Below, one piece after another: positions 19,401-27,293 of a stretch of 32,000 nucleotides of DNA. The notes beneath the pieces were generated by a model. The model saw nothing but the letters and a program-made list of their open reading frames with translations, was not told the origin of the DNA and searched no databases. Positions within the stretch are counted from its first letter, which is position 1, and every line of letters starts with the position of its first letter. Origin of the DNA: Mycolicibacterium smegmatis (GTDB taxonomy: Bacteria > Actinomycetota > Actinomycetes > Mycobacteriales > Mycobacteriaceae); assembly GCF_001457595.1 (NCBI RefSeq), contig NZ_LN831039.1:5820001-5852000 (forward strand), in the 5' to 3' direction. The translations under genes and the position numbers were made by a program.

Positions 19401-19979
19401 ACGTTCCGCTCGGACATGATCCTGGCGCATCCGCGCTACCGCGGTCAGGTCAACGTGCCAGACATGTTCACGCGACTCCTGTTGAGCCTCTTGATCACCG
19501 GCGTCGCGCCGCGGTCGTTCTACATCGGAGACGGTGAGCGCCCGCGGGCGCACTACCCCGGCCTGACGGTCGATTTCGTGGCCGAGGCGGTCACGACGCT
19601 CGGCGCGCAGCAGCGCGAGGGATACGTGTCCTACGACGTGATGAACCCGCACGACGACGGGATCTCCCTGGATGTGTTCGTGGACTGGCTGATCCGGGCG
19701 GGCCATCCGATCGACCGGGTCGACGACTACGACGACTGGGTGCGTCGGTTCGAGACCGCGTTGACCGCGCTTCCCGAGAAGCGCCGCGCACAGACCGTAC
19801 TGCCGCTGCTGCACGCGTTCCGCGCTCCGCAGGCACCGTTGCGCGGCGCACCCGAACCCACGGAGGTGTTCCACGCCGCGGTGCGCACCGCGAAGGTGGG
19901 CCCGGGAGACATCCCGCACCTCGACGAGGCGCTGATCGACAAGTACATACGCGATCTGCGTGAGTTCGGTCTGATCTGA
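16458..19979 (+). CDS. car: Carboxylic acid reductase (adenylation - phosphopantetheine carrier - thioester reductase)
   Basis: MTSDVHDATDGVTETALDDEQSTRRIAELYATDPEF...; AMP-binding LYTSGSTGAPKG, carrier GGDSLSALTL, reductase LSGANGWLGRFL and YGNSKW. Confidence 0.96.
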   Translation: MTSDVHDATDGVTETALDDEQSTRRIAELYATDPEFAAAAPLPAVVDAAHKPGLRLAEILQTLFTGYGDRPALGYRARELATDEGGRTVTRLLPRFDTLTYAQVWSRVQAVAAALRHNFAQPIYPGDAVATIGFASPDYLTLDLVCAYLGLVSVPLQHNAPVSRLAPILAEVEPRILTVSAEYLDLAVESVRDVNSVSQLVVFDHHPEVDDHRDALARAREQLAGKGIAVTTLDAIADEGAGLPAEPIYTADHDQRLAMILYTSGSTGAPKGAMYTEAMLARLWTMSFITGDPTPVINVNFMPLNHLGGRIPISTAVQNGGTSYFVPESDMSTLFEDLALVRPTELGLVPRVADMLYQHHLATVDRLVTQGADELTAEKQAGAELREQVLGGRVITGFVSTAPLAAEMRAFLDITLGAHIVDGYGLTETGAVTRDGVIVRPPVIDYKLIDVPELGYFSTDKPYPRGELLVRSQTLTPGYYKRPEVTASVFDRDGYYHTGDVMAETAPDHLVYVDRRNNVLKLAQGEFVAVANLEAVFSGAALVRQIFVYGNSERSFLLAVVVPTPEALEQYDPAALKAALADSLQRTARDAELQSYEVPADFIVETEPFSAANGLLSGVGKLLRPNLKDRYGQRLEQMYADIAATQANQLRELRRAAATQPVIDTLTQAAATILGTGSEVASDAHFTDLGGDSLSALTLSNLLSDFFGFEVPVGTIVNPATNLAQLAQHIEAQRTAGDRRPSFTTVHGADATEIRASELTLDKFIDAETLQAAPGLPKVTTEPRTVLLSGANGWLGRFLTLQWLERLAPVGGTLITIVRGRDDAAARARLTQAYDTDPELSRRFAELADRHLRVVAGDIGDPNLGLTPEIWHRLAAEVDLVVHPAALVNHVLPYRQLFGPNVVGTAEVIKLALTERIKPVTYLSTVSVAMGIPDFEEDGDIRTVSPVRPLDGGYANGYGNSKWAGEVLLREAHDLCGLPVATFRSDMILAHPRYRGQVNVPDMFTRLLLSLLITGVAPRSFYIGDGERPRAHYPGLTVDFVAEAVTTLGAQQREGYVSYDVMNPHDDGISLDVFVDWLIRAGHPIDRVDDYDDWVRRFETALTALPEKRRAQTVLPLLHAFRAPQAPLRGAPEPTEVFHAAVRTAKVGPGDIPHLDEALIDKYIRDLREFGLI

Positions 19980-20000
19980 CCTGCCGGTCTAGCTGTACAT

Positions 20001-20270
20001 CTAGCGCCGCACCGTCGGGCTGTGCCCGACGTTGGCGCGCGGCGGCGTCGCGCCCGATCTCGACGGGTTGCTCTGCCGCATGCTGATGCAGACGCCCAGG
20101 CTGCCGCCGACGCACGGGATCCCGTTCATCGTCGGCACTGGTCCCCCGGAGTAGTTGCCGGTCGGGTCGAGCGCCGCGGGATCGGCTGCGGCGGCCGGGG
20201 CGAGCACGACCGCGAGTGCGGTCGCCGCCGCGCAGCACCCGGCCATCGCCCGGAACCGTCGTCCCGTCAT
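20001..20270 (-). CDS. Small secreted hypothetical protein
   Basis: MTGRRFRAMAGCCAAATALAVVLAPAAAADPAALDP... signal-peptide-like N-terminus. Confidence 0.6.
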   Translation of the reverse strand: MTGRRFRAMAGCCAAATALAVVLAPAAAADPAALDPTGNYSGGPVPTMNGIPCVGGSLGVCISMRQSNPSRSGATPPRANVGHSPTVRR

Positions 20271-20293
20271 GGCTGACACGCTAGTCCGTCGGA

Positions 20294-20905
20294 TCATCCG
20301 ATGGGGGTCAACGGACTGAGCACGTCACGGACGAACTGCGAGATGTTCACCGTCGGGTTGCTGTCCGGGAAGCTGACCGTGGCCAGGATGTTTCCGCCCG
20401 CGTCGGCGAAGTTCTGATCGGCGCGGCCCTGGTGCGACGACGACGTGACCAGGATGATGCCCGTCGTGCCGGCCTTCTTGGCCAGCGGCACCGAGAACTG
20501 CGCGTTCTGCACGGTGCTGTTGGCGCGGTCCTCGACGATGATCCGGTTGGCCGGAAAACCAAGCATGAGAAGCAGATTGCGCATCGCCGCGGCCTCGGTC
20601 ACGCCACGCTGCGGGTTCCCGCCCGTCACGATGACCGGCGACTGCGGGAACGCCTGCGCGATCACCAGTCCGGTCAGGGTGCGGTGGTACAGGATCTGCC
20701 GCATGGTGCCGTCGGGCTTGAGGCCGTAGCCCAGGATCACGATCGCGGGTTTGGTGAAATCCTTGGCCGCCACGGGCGGCGCCGCCGAGGCAACAGGGGT
20801 CTGCTGCACCAACGCGCCGCATATCAGCGCCATCGCGATCGCCACCGTCCCGATCAGGCGCCGTATGCCGGTCTCGTCCCTGGTGATGGCATCCCCTCGT
20901 CCCAT
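20294..20905 (-). CDS. YdcF/DUF218-family (ElyC/SanA-like) protein, exported
   Basis: IVILGYGLKPDGTMRQILYHRTLTGLVIAQAFPQSPVIVTGGNPQRGVTEAAAMRNLLLMLGFPANRIIVEDRANSTVQNA. Confidence 0.8.
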   Translation of the reverse strand: MGRGDAITRDETGIRRLIGTVAIAMALICGALVQQTPVASAAPPVAAKDFTKPAIVILGYGLKPDGTMRQILYHRTLTGLVIAQAFPQSPVIVTGGNPQRGVTEAAAMRNLLLMLGFPANRIIVEDRANSTVQNAQFSVPLAKKAGTTGIILVTSSSHQGRADQNFADAGGNILATVSFPDSNPTVNISQFVRDVLSPLTPIG

Positions 20906-20959
20906 CTCACCCCCGAAAAGTTGCGACACGCGTGAATATCGTGGCATCTGAGGGAGATG

Positions 20960-21958
20960 TTACAGATAGGATCCCTGAGGCTCATCGTGTGCATGTGGCA
21001 GTACACGGGTAGGGCTGCCCTCCTCGATGTGCTCGGCCACCCAGGCGTCGACCTCGGTCCACACATCCCGCAGCCACGGGCCGAGATCCTCACGCGGCGG
21101 CAGTTCCTCGGTGGGTATCAGCGACACATGCACCACCAGTCTTCGGTGCACGGGTAGCCGCCACCACGGCCGTGCCCGCCCGTCCGCGGAGAAACCGCTG
21201 TGGGTCAGCACCAGCACACTGGCGTGCGGCGCGCCGGCCATCGCCGCCGCCGCACCGCCGGTTCGTGGCGGCAACGTGTACGACTGTCGCCAGGCGCGCC
21301 GCGCCTCACGCAACCGTCCCGACGACCGCAGCCGGCTGATCGCCTCATGCCAACGCGCCCAGCTGAAGTTGCCGCCCTCGGGGAACAGCAACAGCGCGTC
21401 GCCGCCGGCGAGCGAGGCGGCCAGTTCACGGACCTGCGCACGTGCCCGCTTTCCGCCCCGGCTCAGGAAGCACAGGCAGCCCAGGTCTCCGGCGAGGTCC
21501 AGCACAGGTTCGCACCGCAATAGGCCCTTGAGCACGATGCGTGTGCGCAACCGGTAGTGAAACGTCAGCAGCCAGGCGATCAGCAGGCTGTCTCCCGGCC
21601 CGCAGTGCCGCGAGAACACGATCACCGGTTCGTCACGGGGAACCTCGCCCGGCTCGACCGATCCGGTGTCCAGCAGTACCTCCACGTCGAGGATGCGGCG
21701 GGCGATCGTGTAGATCTTCCCGACGAGATCGCGGGTGAAGCGGTCGCCGTCCTGACCGCCGCCCAGCAGCTTCGCGAGGGCATACAGTTCCATCGCCGCG
21801 TAGGCGACCACGGCCGCCACGGTCCGGCTGGGCCTGCTCGACCGCAACACCAGGTCGGCCACGACGGCCAGCGCCATCGCTGGCACCGAGTACAGCAGCA
21901 CACCCAGCATCAGCACGGTGACCAGAGGCACCGTGACCGCGCGCCGCAGCAGCCTCAT
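20960..21958 (-). CDS. PlsC-like 1-acyl-sn-glycerol-3-phosphate acyltransferase family protein
   Basis: PVIVFSRHCGPGDSLL (HX4D variant) ... LLFPEGGNFSWARW; start codon overlaps patatin stop (ATGA). Confidence 0.82.
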   Translation of the reverse strand: MRLLRRAVTVPLVTVLMLGVLLYSVPAMALAVVADLVLRSSRPSRTVAAVVAYAAMELYALAKLLGGGQDGDRFTRDLVGKIYTIARRILDVEVLLDTGSVEPGEVPRDEPVIVFSRHCGPGDSLLIAWLLTFHYRLRTRIVLKGLLRCEPVLDLAGDLGCLCFLSRGGKRARAQVRELAASLAGGDALLLFPEGGNFSWARWHEAISRLRSSGRLREARRAWRQSYTLPPRTGGAAAAMAGAPHASVLVLTHSGFSADGRARPWWRLPVHRRLVVHVSLIPTEELPPREDLGPWLRDVWTEVDAWVAEHIEEGSPTRVLPHAHDEPQGSYL

Positions 21959-22794
21959 GGCAGGGCCTTCAGGTATTCGCGGGTCGCGTCGTACGCCACC
22001 TCGGCGCGTCGCCCGATCCGGCGGCTGTCGCGGTAGCGCAGATTCGACCACGTCGCCGCGGCACGTTGGGGCTGACCCGACGGCAGGACGTGGACGGCCA
22101 CGTCGGAACGCACGCGTTCCAGATCTCCGTGGAACCGGTGCCGACGGGCGATCTCGAACGCCGCGAAACCGACCTCCCACAGAAAGCGCGGCACCCTGAG
22201 TTCCTCTTCGAGACGCCCGACGTGGAGCACCCAGATCGTGTCCGCGCCTCGCGACACCGCCCGGTCCAGCGGGATGCTGTTGACCAGCCCGCCGTCGAAG
22301 AAGTGCTCATCGCCTATGCGCACGGGTGGCAGCACACCCGGCAGCGCGCACGACGCGAGAACGGGCTCGACGAGATCGCCACTGTCGAACCAGTGTTCGC
22401 GGGCACGCTCGATGCTGGCCGCGACACACTCGAACGGAACCGCGAGTTCCTCGAACGTGTGCACCGGCAACCGTTCCCGCAGCAGCCGGCGAAGTTCCGA
22501 ATTGTCGTGCAGCGACGTGGGTCTGCGCAGCACCTCGGCGGCCCGGCGGATGAGGGATCCGCCGAACACGCCCTCGCCACCCAACGCATCCCAGAACTTC
22601 ACCAGTGCGCGCGCCCCTTCCGGGGTGGGGTCCGCCGCGAGCGCCGCGCCGTTGATGGCGCCCACCGATGTCCCGCACACCAGATCGGGACGAACCCCGC
22701 TCTCGAGCAGCGCGAGCGCCATCCCGGCCTCGGCCGCGCCCAGCACGCCGCCGCCTCCCAGTACGAATGCCACGCGGGACATCGGCGCCGTCAA
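21955..22794 (-). CDS. Patatin-like phospholipase
   Basis: VAFVLGGGGVLGAAEAGMALALLESGVRPDLVCGTSVGAINGAALA (GXSXG) ... FFDGGLVNSIPLDRAV (DGG catalytic Asp). Confidence 0.93.
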   Translation of the reverse strand: MTAPMSRVAFVLGGGGVLGAAEAGMALALLESGVRPDLVCGTSVGAINGAALAADPTPEGARALVKFWDALGGEGVFGGSLIRRAAEVLRRPTSLHDNSELRRLLRERLPVHTFEELAVPFECVAASIERAREHWFDSGDLVEPVLASCALPGVLPPVRIGDEHFFDGGLVNSIPLDRAVSRGADTIWVLHVGRLEEELRVPRFLWEVGFAAFEIARRHRFHGDLERVRSDVAVHVLPSGQPQRAAATWSNLRYRDSRRIGRRAEVAYDATREYLKALP

Positions 22795-23081
22795 CCGTGT
22801 TCGCGCGGCAGCAGCGGACCCAGCGGCCCCAGGTCGATGTTGAGGTCCTCTGGTCGCAGCCCGAAATACTCGCGCAGCTCCTCCATGGCCTCCTCGAGCC
22901 GCATGAGTCCGACCCCCAATCGTTCGACGGTGTCGTCGGACAGGTCACCGACGTCCACGCGACGTAGCGCCTGACGTTCCATCAACTGTCGCAGCAGTTC
23001 GACGATCGTGAGCACCAAACGGCCCAGGTCCCGCCCGACGTCCTCGGGATCCATCTCGATACGGCCGCTCTTCTTCTCCAT
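22791..23081 (-). CDS. gvpK: Gas vesicle protein GvpK
   Basis: MEKKSGRIEMDPEDVGRDLGRLVLTIVELLRQLMERQALRRVDVGDLSDDTVERLGVGLMRLEEAMEELREYFGLRPEDLNIDLGPLGPLL. Confidence 0.92.
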   Translation of the reverse strand: MEKKSGRIEMDPEDVGRDLGRLVLTIVELLRQLMERQALRRVDVGDLSDDTVERLGVGLMRLEEAMEELREYFGLRPEDLNIDLGPLGPLLPREHG

Positions 23082-23281
23082 CAGCGTGGCTCTGTCACGG
23101 GTTCCATCAGGGTGCCCACCGAACTGATCAGCGCCCGCAGCGAGATGTGCACCAGGTCGACGTCGGCGAGGCTGATCGTCAGATCACCCGCGATCACCAC
23201 GCCGCCTGCCAGCAGACGGTCGAGCAGGTCGACCAGCGCGACGTCATCGGTCCTCGGCGCGTGGATGCTCTCGACCGTCAT
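23081..23281 (-). CDS. GvpA/GvpJ-family minor gas vesicle protein
   Basis: 66 aa; DDVALVDLLDRLLAGGVVIAGDLTISLADVDLVHISLRALISSV. Confidence 0.88.
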   Translation of the reverse strand: MTVESIHAPRTDDVALVDLLDRLLAGGVVIAGDLTISLADVDLVHISLRALISSVGTLMEPVTEPR

Positions 23282-23994
23282 GGCTGCCCCAGGCTCGTGA
23301 ACGAGTAGGGCGCCCACGGGCCCGTGATCTCCAGACGCAGGTGGTCGCCGTTCGCCGCGTCGACCCGCTGCGCCAGCCGTACGGCGCCGTCGTCGTCCAC
23401 GAGATAGGCGGCGTTGAGCACCATTTCGTCGCTGCGACCGGTGAGCCGGGGATCCTGTGGTGGATACAGCCGGTGGTCGGCGGCGAGCCCGGCCAACTCG
23501 TGGTGGAGTTCGTCGGCCGCCTCGGCCACGTGCTCACGACGTTGTGCGACGCGGGCACGTTCGGTCCGGCGACGCATCAGGTACGACGTACCGGGCCTGT
23601 CCGACGGGGTGTCCGGTGAATCCGTCTCCGCGGCCTCGGGAGCGGGAGCGGGAGCGGCGTAGCCTTTGACTCCCCACTCCGTGCGACCGCGGATCCGGTC
23701 GAGCGTCTCGGCCAGTTCGTCACGACGTTCACGGAGGAGTTCGTGCACACCTGAGTCTGAGTGGTAGACCGTCGCCATCCGCACCGGCGCGATCGAATGT
23801 GCCTGTGCGGCACGGTCGACCACCTCGTGGTGCGCGCGGGCCAGCTTCTCGAGCCAGCCCAGGTCCTCCAGGTGGGCCCGGATGGCCTGTTCGCTGAACC
23901 GCTCGCGGTCCACGGACGCGACGATCGCGGCCAGCGGTCCCTCGACGACGGTACGCACCTGTGCGTCATCGACCCCGACCATGCCGCCGACCAT
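23278..23994 (-). CDS. GvpL/GvpF-family gas vesicle protein, apparently short at the N-terminus
   Basis: MVGGMVGVDDAQVRTVVEGPLAAIVASVDRERFSEQAIRAHLEDLGWLEKLARAHHEVVDRAAQAHSIAPVRMATVYHSDSGVHELLRERRDELAETLDRIRGRTEWGVKGY. Confidence 0.82.
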   Translation of the reverse strand: MVGGMVGVDDAQVRTVVEGPLAAIVASVDRERFSEQAIRAHLEDLGWLEKLARAHHEVVDRAAQAHSIAPVRMATVYHSDSGVHELLRERRDELAETLDRIRGRTEWGVKGYAAPAPAPEAAETDSPDTPSDRPGTSYLMRRRTERARVAQRREHVAEAADELHHELAGLAADHRLYPPQDPRLTGRSDEMVLNAAYLVDDDGAVRLAQRVDAANGDHLRLEITGPWAPYSFTSLGQP

Positions 23995-24010
23995 GTCGGC
24001 GTCGGTGCGT

Positions 24011-24317
24011 TCAGACTCCCCGACGTCCAGGTTCGGTGTCCATGGTGAACACTCGGTAGAAGTAGGCGACACTGTCGGTGTCGCCGTTGTCGACGCGCTT
24101 GAACGCTTTCCCGATGGGGTTCGCATGTGTCGCAGTGGACGCGCGATAGTTGGTGAGCGGACCCATGTTGCGAACGAGATCGGGTGGGGTGTCGACCCAT
24201 TCGTAGCCGGCGTTGCGGACGAGCACCTCGCCGACGTAGCAGCCGAACGCGAAGATGGTCTCGGCCACCGCGTCGGAACCCGGCTCCCGTAACTCTTCCA
24301 GGATTCCGTCCACGAGA
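24011..24317 (-). pseudogene. 3' fragment of IS-interrupted uncharacterised (immunity-like) gene
   Basis: SLVDGILEELREPGSDAVAETIFAFGCYVGEVLVRNAGYEWVDTPPDLVRNMGPLTNYRASTAHANPIGKAFKRVDNGDTDSVAYFYRVFTMDTEPGRRGV*; joins in frame with 25815-26131 after IS removal. Confidence 0.85.
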
Positions 24318-24326
24318 CTCAGTGAG

Positions 24327-25814
24327 GAGCAATGATCAATACCTGTGGATGAGCCTCGGTGTGGGGGCGTGAAGATGGGCGCACCTTCCCGGGGATGATC
24401 TTCACGGAATCAGGTATTCGATCAAGACCGGCGTTGGCGCGCTGGTTGGGAAGGTACGCCCATGCTCACCGTAGTTCACGACACCGAGGACGCCAACGAC
24501 AAGGCCAGCGGTGCTGGTCGGTCGTTGTTGGATGAGATCGTCCGCGACGGGGCCCGGCAGATGCTGGCCGCGGCGTTGCAGGCCGAGGTCGCCGCCTACG
24601 TGGCGCAGTTCGCCGATCAACTCGACGAGAACGGTCACCGGTTGGTGGTGCGAAACGGCTATCACCAGCCCCGGGAGGTGCTGACCGCCGCCGGCGCGGT
24701 GCAGGTGAAAGCGCCGCGGGTCAACGACCGCCGTGTCGACCCCGACACCGGTGAACGCAAGCGGTTCTCCTCGGCGATCCTGCCGGCCTGGGCGCGCAAG
24801 TCGCCGCAGATGAGCGAGGTACTGCCGCTGCTGTACCTGCACGGCCTGTCGAGCAACGATTTCACCCCTGCCCTCGAGCAGTTCCTCGGCTCCGGCGCTG
24901 GGCTGTCGGCCAGCACGATCACCCGGCTCACGGCGCAGTGGCAAGACGAGGCCCGCGCGTTTGGGGCCCGCGACCTCTCGGCCACTGATTACGTGTATCT
25001 GTGGGTCGACGGCATTCACCTCAAGGTGCGGCTGGACCAGGAAAAGCTCTGTCTGCTGGTGATGCTGGGCGTGCGTGCTGATGGCCGCAAGGAGCTCGTG
25101 GCGATCACCGACGGCTACCGCGAGTCGGCCGAGTCGTGGGCCGATCTGTTGCGCGACTGCAAGCGCCGCGGCATGACCGCCCCCGTACTCGCGATCGGCG
25201 ATGGCGCGCTCGGGTTCTGGAAAGCAGTCCGCGAGGTTTTCCCGGCCACCAAAGAGCAGCGGTGCTGGTTTCATAAGCAGGCCAATGTTCTTGCTGCACT
25301 GCCGAAATCAGCGCACCCGTCGGCGCTGGCGGCGATCAAGGAGATCTACAACGCCGAGGATATCGACAAGGCCCAGATCGCGGTCAAGGCCTTCGAGGCC
25401 GACTTCGGCGCGAAGTATCCCAAGGCGGTCGCTAAGATCACCGACGACCTCGATGTGCTGCTGGAATTCTACAAGTATCCGGCCGAACATTGGATTCATC
25501 TGCGAACGACGAATCCGATCGAATCCACCTTTGCCACAGTGCGTTTGAGGACCAAGGTCACCAAGGGGCCCGGATCACGAGCGGCCGGACTAGCGATGGC
25601 CTACAAGCTCATCGACGCCGCCGCGGCCCGCTGGCGTGCCGTCAACGCCCCACACCTGGTCGCCCTGGTCCGCGCCGGCGCGGTCTTCCATAAAGGCAGA
25701 CTGCTCGAACGACCCACCGACATCACCCCGCCAACATCGCCCTCAGACGGCGGTCAGCACGCCGGAACGGAGGTCGCCTGAAACACCCCGATCCACAGGT
25801 ATTGACAATTCCTC
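24327..25814 (+). mobile_element. IS256-family insertion sequence (IS6120-like), copy 1, 1488 bp
   Basis: TIRs GAGCAATGATCAATACCTGTGGAT / GAGGAATTGTCAATACCTGTGGAT (21/24 match); 9-bp target duplication CTCAGTGAG at 24318-24326 and 25815-25823. Confidence 0.95.
24462..25781 (+). CDS. IS256-family transposase
   Basis: 439 aa; DYVYLWVDGIHLKVR, GDGALGFWKAVREVFPATKEQRCWFHKQANVLAALP, TTNPIESTFATVRLRT (DDE/mutator class). Confidence 0.97.
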   Translation: MLTVVHDTEDANDKASGAGRSLLDEIVRDGARQMLAAALQAEVAAYVAQFADQLDENGHRLVVRNGYHQPREVLTAAGAVQVKAPRVNDRRVDPDTGERKRFSSAILPAWARKSPQMSEVLPLLYLHGLSSNDFTPALEQFLGSGAGLSASTITRLTAQWQDEARAFGARDLSATDYVYLWVDGIHLKVRLDQEKLCLLVMLGVRADGRKELVAITDGYRESAESWADLLRDCKRRGMTAPVLAIGDGALGFWKAVREVFPATKEQRCWFHKQANVLAALPKSAHPSALAAIKEIYNAEDIDKAQIAVKAFEADFGAKYPKAVAKITDDLDVLLEFYKYPAEHWIHLRTTNPIESTFATVRLRTKVTKGPGSRAAGLAMAYKLIDAAAARWRAVNAPHLVALVRAGAVFHKGRLLERPTDITPPTSPSDGGQHAGTEVA

Positions 25815-26131
25815 CTCAGTGAGGCCGGGGCGTAGCCGAGTTCGATGCCGGACACGTTGCGGGCGGCATCAACGGCCCGCTGGGCGAGTTCGGCGGCATG
25901 CTCCGGATCTGGTGGTGCCGGAAGCCGCAGTCCCCGTCCCGCCCATGCCGGCCCGGTCACGACGGGGCCTGGAACGGCGACTTGAGCTGCTTCGAGGTCA
26001 ATCGCCCGCATGACCGCCAGCCGCGCTTGGTGATCAGGCGTGAGCACTGTCCGGACGCCGTCGAACGACACAGCTTGATCTGAATCGTCCTGAATGTGAC
26101 CTACCCCGGTGGGGTGGGGCGATTCGGTCAC
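25815..26131 (-). pseudogene. 5' fragment of the same IS-interrupted uncharacterised gene
   Basis: GTG start at 26131 overlaps upstream stop (GTGA); VTESPHPTGVGHIQDDSDQAVSFDGVRTVLTPDHQARLAVMRAIDLEAAQ ... LAQRAVDAARNVSGIELGYAPASL. Confidence 0.82.
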
Positions 26132-26769
26132 GGTCTGTCTCCCTTTGACTGTCTCTTGGCCGCAACGAGGTGAGGCGGTGGCGAGCCTGGCCCGTTCTTC
26201 TGCCCGTGTTCCCAGAGCTGTTGTGCGAACGACAGGTACACCTCGACGGAGTCGAGGGTGAGGTTTCCGACCTCCCGCTTGCCGCCGTAGAAGCCCGGCA
26301 CAGTTGCTCCCGCGCACGAGTCGAACGCCAGCTGGTCGATGCCCGCAGCTTCCATCCATTCGCGGAACAGGTCGGGCAGCAAGAAGTCATGCGCGATCGG
26401 AACGCTCAGCGCGCCCTCGAACGACTCCACGTCCACCCACGGCGTGACCGAGCCGTCGAAAGGATCGAGAACCACCACGGTGCGCAACGTTTGGCTGCTG
26501 TCAGACGCCCCCTCGACCGTGAGCCGAGTCGTCACGGCGAACTGCCGTGCCAGCCAGTCGAACGCGAACACCTCGGCGGCGAGTCCTCGCGCACCGCACA
26601 TCGCATCGACAGCTACTTGCGCTGCGGGCGCGGAGTCGGCGTCGTGGAACCGGAGCAGGCCGCGGTTCATGGAGCACCCACACAGGCCGCGGTCGGCGAA
26701 GGTGCCGCCGACCAGGCCGGGTCGCCACTGGGCATCTGGCCGTGTGGGCGGATGGAATGAGAAGTCCAT
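26128..26769 (-). CDS. Putative immunity protein with a T6SS-immunity (Tdi1/DUF1851)-like C-terminal motif
   Basis: MDFSFHPPTRPDAQWRPGLVGGTFADRGLCGCSMNRGLLRFHD...; FDSCAGATVPGFYGGKREVGNLTLDSVEVYLSFAQQLWE resembles the GFKxPLFLGGxxxxxNLExxDxxVYW pattern. Confidence 0.5.
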   Translation of the reverse strand: MDFSFHPPTRPDAQWRPGLVGGTFADRGLCGCSMNRGLLRFHDADSAPAAQVAVDAMCGARGLAAEVFAFDWLARQFAVTTRLTVEGASDSSQTLRTVVVLDPFDGSVTPWVDVESFEGALSVPIAHDFLLPDLFREWMEAAGIDQLAFDSCAGATVPGFYGGKREVGNLTLDSVEVYLSFAQQLWEHGQKNGPGSPPPHLVAAKRQSKGDRP

Positions 26770-26944
26770 CGCGGTAATCAGTCCAACTGGTGAGAGAACG
26801 TCGACATGTCCTTGCGCGTGGAGAACCGGGTCGCCACTCGCCGTCTTCGTCGTCTTCGAGCGGCGGGCGTGGCTCGCGCATCACCGACACCGCCCAGATC
26901 ACGCCGTGGACCACCGCTACGACGATCGACTCCGCCGAGCATTG

Positions 26945-27175
26945 TCACGCTGACCGGACCACGATGAACTGATCAGGTTCGAGCATCACGTTGTCGTACC
27001 GGAATTTAGTGGACGAGGACGCATCCGGCAGGCTGACGTCGACTGCGTAACCCTCCACGGGGTGCTGAAATACCTCTACGACCACCCCGCGTGTCCCTTT
27101 CGGAATCTGCCAAGACTGCGTTTCGCCGGGCACGTCCACCAGAAGTTCGACGCTGTCGTTGACTCTGGCCTTCAT
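26945..27175 (-). CDS. DUF4926-like small protein (putative partner of the upstream toxin-tip gene)
   Basis: MKARVNDSVELLVDVPGETQSWQIPKGTRGVVVEVFQHPVEGYAVDVSLPDASSSTKFRYDNVMLEPDQFIVVRSA; ATG overlaps restored toxin stop (TGATG). Confidence 0.6.
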   Translation of the reverse strand: MKARVNDSVELLVDVPGETQSWQIPKGTRGVVVEVFQHPVEGYAVDVSLPDASSSTKFRYDNVMLEPDQFIVVRSA

Positions 27176-27284
27176 CACTTCCACACCTTCAGGAAGTTTG
27201 TGATCATGCGTGGCACTCCGTTCTCGACTTGCCATACGGTGACGAGTGTTCCATCACCCGATGGCCCGCTGATGGGGACATTCA
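27175..27284 (-). pseudogene. 3' fragment of IS-interrupted DUF6883-like toxin-tip gene
   Basis: After IS removal: ...ATKWGDRFQVNVPISGPSGDGTLVTVWQVENGVPRMITNFLKVWK*; 466 + 110 nt gives an exact 192-codon frame. Confidence 0.83.
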
Positions 27285-27293
27285 CTTGAAACC

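Noticed and set aside
16236-19919. 1227-aa open frame antisense to carboxylic acid reductase
   Set aside because: Low-information His/Arg/Val/Gly-rich shadow ORF typical of high-GC coding DNA; the + strand frame has full catalytic motifs.
15963-19979. 1338-aa + strand ORF suggesting an N-terminally extended CAR
   Set aside because: The CAR N-terminus MTSDVHDATDG begins at 16458; upstream portion is out-of-frame antisense-like sequence overlapping the UBP gene.
24402-25274. 290-aa minus ORF inside IS copy 1 (and its equivalent 27834-28706 in copy 2)
   Set aside because: Antisense to the transposase with no recognisable motif; common in high-GC IS256-family elements.
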